A stretch of DNA of 64,000 nucleotides. Source: an uncultured Coriobacteriaceae bacterium (GTDB lineage Bacteria; Actinomycetota; Coriobacteriia; Coriobacteriales; Atopobiaceae). The stretch lies in NCBI GenBank assembly GCA_902803315.1, contig CADCPM010000085.1, positions 35 to 64,034 on the forward strand, written 5' to 3'. Positions 61,891 through 64,000 of this stretch are shown piece after piece. Within the stretch, counting starts at the first letter, position 1. Each line of letters begins with the position of its first letter. The position numbers and the translations under genes are program-made. Below the pieces are notes generated by a model. That model was given only the letters and a program-made list of their open reading frames with translations. It was not told the DNA's origin and searched no databases.

Positions 61891-61993
61891 CAGCGCGCGT
61901 GACGCGGCCTTGTCTCCATACGGCGAGTCGCGAAGCGTGGTGAGCGAAGCGAACGCCGAGCCGTATGGAGACAAGGCCGCGTCACGCGCGCTG
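61891..61993 (+). repeat. Family-1 hairpin element, diverged core with perfect 34-bp arms.
   Basis: The arms CAGCGCGCGTGACGCGGCCTTGTCTCCATACGGC / GCCGTATGGAGACAAGGCCGCGTCACGCGCGCTG are perfectly complementary. The loop GAGTCGCGAAGCGTGGTGAGCGAAGCGAACGCCGA resembles the core. A core fragment, AAGCGAGCGAAGCGAGC, also lies at 61838-61854. Confidence 0.7.
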
Positions 61994-62043
61994 ATGTGTA
62001 TGTTGAACGTATGGAGGATGGCAACGCCCGGCACCGTGGCTTT

Positions 62044-62072
62044 TTGACAACTGCGGTCTGCCACGGTAATCT
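62044..62072 (+). promoter_or_regulatory. Candidate housekeeping-sigma promoter of the rpsL-rpsG-fusA operon.
   Basis: TTGACA (62044-62049), a 17-nt spacer, then TAATCT (62067-62072), about 80 nt upstream of the rpsL ATG. This is a sequence-only prediction. Confidence 0.5.
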
Positions 62073-62153
62073 TCCCTAGTTGCTGATTCAAGGTAGTGGT
62101 GCTGCGCTGCCTTTGTTGATACACGAAAACGATAGGTACGAAGGAGAAACGCA

Positions 62154-62528
62154 TTGCCTACCATTAACCAGCTGGTCCGTCAGGGCCGCAAATCCGTTGC
62201 GTCTAAGTCCAAGAACGCAGCTCTCCAGCACAATCCGCAAAAGCGTGGCGTATGCACGCGCGTGTTTACCACCACGCCCAAGAAGCCTAACTCCGCATTG
62301 CGCAAGGTTGCCCGTGTGCGCCTCGTAAACGGCATCGAAGTTACGGCATACATCCCCGGCGAGGGCCACAACCTCCAGGAGCACTCCATCGTGCTTATCC
62401 GTGGCGGTCGTGTGCGTGACCTCCCTGGTGTTCGCTACAAGATCATTCGTGGTGCGTACGACTGCGCAGCCGTGCAAAACCGCAAGCGTGCTCGCTCCCG
62501 TTATGGCGCCAAGCGCCCCAAGGAGTAG
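62154..62528 (+). CDS. rpsL: 30S ribosomal protein S12.
   Basis: '[13 protein letters not shown]', '[28 protein letters not shown]', '[27 protein letters not shown]'. Confidence 0.98.
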   Translation: MPTINQLVRQGRKSVASKSKNAALQHNPQKRGVCTRVFTTTPKKPNSALRKVARVRLVNGIEVTAYIPGEGHNLQEHSIVLIRGGRVRDLPGVRYKIIRGAYDCAAVQNRKRARSRYGAKRPKE

Positions 62529-62579
62529 GCGCGGCTCTTTAGCAATCGTTACGTCCAAGAGTATTAGAGGAGAAACAGT

Positions 62580-63050
62580 ATGCCGCGTCGTGCAGCAGCA
62601 GTCCGTCGTGAGGTCATGCCGGACGCAAAGTATAACAACCGTCAGGTGACTCAGCTCATCAACAAGGTCCTTCTGGACGGCAAGAAGTCCGTCGCAGAGC
62701 GCATCGTGTACGATGCCTTCGACATCGTTGCCGAGCGTACGGGTGAGGATGCCCTTACCGTATACAAGAAGGCCCTGGACAACGTTCGTCCCAAGCTTGA
62801 GGTCAAGCCCAAGCGTGTTGGTGGCGCCACCTATCAGGTGCCCATGGAGGTCAACTCCCGCCGTGCCACCACCCTGGCGATTCGCTGGATCGTTAACTTC
62901 TCGCGTGCGCGCAAGGAGAAGTCCATGGCCCTGCGTCTTGCCAACGAGATCATTGACGCCTCCAACAAGGTAGGCGCCTCCGTAAAGCGTCGCGAGGACC
63001 TCTTCAAGATGGCCGAGGCCAACCGCGCCTTCTCGCACTATCGCTTCTAG
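62580..63050 (+). CDS. rpsG: 30S ribosomal protein S7.
   Basis: '[19 protein letters not shown]', '[14 protein letters not shown]', '[19 protein letters not shown]', '[10 protein letters not shown]'. Confidence 0.98.
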   Translation: MPRRAAAVRREVMPDAKYNNRQVTQLINKVLLDGKKSVAERIVYDAFDIVAERTGEDALTVYKKALDNVRPKLEVKPKRVGGATYQVPMEVNSRRATTLAIRWIVNFSRARKEKSMALRLANEIIDASNKVGASVKRREDLFKMAEANRAFSHYRF

Positions 63051-63073
63051 GCCGGATTTAGGAGTTTTGTTTT

Positions 63074-64000
63074 ATGGCTAAAGCTAAGTATAAGCTCGAA
63101 AACCTGCGCAACATTGGCATCATGGCCCACATCGATGCGGGCAAGACGACCACTACAGAGCGCATTCTTTACTACACGGGCAAAACCCACAAGATTGGTG
63201 AGGTGCACGACGGTGCTGCCACCATGGACTGGATGGCCCAGGAGCAGGAGCGCGGCGTAACCATTACCTCCGCCGCTACCACGTGCTTTTGGGGCGACTA
63301 CGTAATCCAGATCATCGACACCCCGGGCCACGTGGACTTTACCGCCGAGGTTGAGCGCTGCCTGCGCGTACTCGACGGTGCCGTGGCCGTGTTCGATGCA
63401 GTTGCCGGCGTTCAGCCCCAGTCCGAGACGGTGTGGCGTCAGGCCGGAACCTACGGCGTGCCCCGCATTGCCTTTATCAACAAGTACGACCGCGTGGGCG
63501 CCGACTTCTTCCACGCCATCGAGACCATGAAGGACCGCCTTGGTGCCAACGCCATCGCCGCCCAGATTCCTATGGGTGCCGAGTCCCAGTTCTGGGGTCT
63601 CATTGACCTCGTTACCATGGAGGCGTGGGACTTCCAGGAGGACGCCAAGGGAATGATCTATCCCCAAAAGATGGATGCCATCCCCGAGGAGTTCGCCGAC
63701 ATCGTTGCCGAGAAGCGCGAGGAGCTGCTGGACGTGGCCTCCAACTTCGACGACGAGCTCATGGAGCTCGCCCTCATGGAGGAGGACATCCCCGTTGAGA
63801 TGCTCAAGGCCGCGCTGCGCAAGGGCGTCCTTGCTGGCGAGGTAAACCCCGTGTTCGTGGGCTCCGCCTACAAGAACAAGGGCATCCAGGAGCTGCTGGA
63901 CGCCGTTGTTGACTACCTGCCCAGCCCGCTGGACGTAAAGTCCATCGACGGCGTTGACCTTAAGGGCAACGAGGCCGAGCGTCACGCCGACCCCAAGGAG
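63074..64000 (+). CDS. fusA: Elongation factor G, 3'-truncated by the window edge.
   Basis: My own translation from ATG 63074 (9 nt after AGGAG) gives '[64 protein letters not shown]'. The frame is open to nt 64000, which is why it is not listed in the ORF track. Confidence 0.95.
   Translation, partial: MAKAKYKLENLRNIGIMAHIDAGKTTTTERILYYTGKTHKIGEVHDGAATMDWMAQEQERGVTITSAATTCFWGDYVIQIIDTPGHVDFTAEVERCLRVLDGAVAVFDAVAGVQPQSETVWRQAGTYGVPRIAFINKYDRVGADFFHAIETMKDRLGANAIAAQIPMGAESQFWGLIDLVTMEAWDFQEDAKGMIYPQKMDAIPEEFADIVAEKREELLDVASNFDDELMELALMEEDIPVEMLKAALRKGVLAGEVNPVFVGSAYKNKGIQELLDAVVDYLPSPLDVKSIDGVDLKGNEAERHADPKE

Noticed and set aside
765-61993. Possibility that the family-1 repeats are a CRISPR array.
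   Set aside because: The copies are 3-16 kb apart, separated by ordinary genes, occur in both orientations and are long palindromes. There is no regular repeat-spacer periodicity, and no cas genes are present.
63047-63985. 312-aa minus-strand ORF.
   Set aside because: It lies entirely antisense to fusA, whose plus-strand translation shows the canonical EF-G G-domain ([17 protein letters not shown]). This is a typical high-GC shadow ORF.
1-64000. Classical mobile genomic island or prophage interpretation of the accessory-looking 1-47 kb region.
   Set aside because: No integrase, transposase, tRNA attachment site, phage genes or island-scale flanking direct repeats were seen. Housekeeping genes (tyrS, lgt) are interleaved.

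Overview
This is a high-GC chromosomal segment of Gram-positive, actinobacterial type. The protein flavour suggests Actinomycetota, possibly Coriobacteriia, but taxonomy cannot be verified here.

Positions 1 to about 47,100 form one very large cell-envelope glycopolymer supercluster:
- A complete dTDP-L-rhamnose pathway scattered over four places: rfbA 14065, rfbD 15055, rfbB 25996, rfbC 40554.
- At least 13 glycosyltransferase genes: several GT2 (including two paralogous double-GT2 enzymes), a WsaF-like GT-B, a DUF1792/GT-D, a GT92-like, a GT8 and a GlfT2-like enzyme.
- Six large polytopic GT-C-like membrane proteins, one of them frameshifted.
- A Wzx flippase and an acyltransferase-3.
- A CDP-glycerol branch (tagD plus a TagB/F-like gene).
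- A putative CDP-ribitol branch (IspD/TarI-like plus SDR) with a LicD transferase.
- A module of wecE, an ATP-grasp gene and two small EamA/SMR-like genes.
- tyrS, a long U32-family gene and a NifU-like gene embedded in the cluster.

Positions 47,100 to 64,000 are mostly housekeeping: lgt, deoC, an M16 peptidase, two tandem coiled-coil cell-wall hydrolase-like genes, usp, uppP, glycerate kinase, pcrA, MscS, an orphan JetD/DUF2220-like Toprim protein, and rpsL-rpsG-fusA.

No rRNA, tRNA, CRISPR array, transposase or integrase was recognised.

The most unusual signals are non-coding:
1. A family of 8 intergenic hairpin elements has an almost invariant ~40-nt central core (GACTCACGAAGTGAGCGAGCG...) on arms that differ between copies but stay self-complementary within each copy. 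Two related copies exactly bracket the wecE/ATP-grasp/EamA module.
2. A second family of perfect palindromes (CCCTAACTTGGGGACWGTCCCCAAGTTAGGG) lies directly after stop codons.

All functional calls rest on motif recognition from the translated ORFs. No database search was possible.
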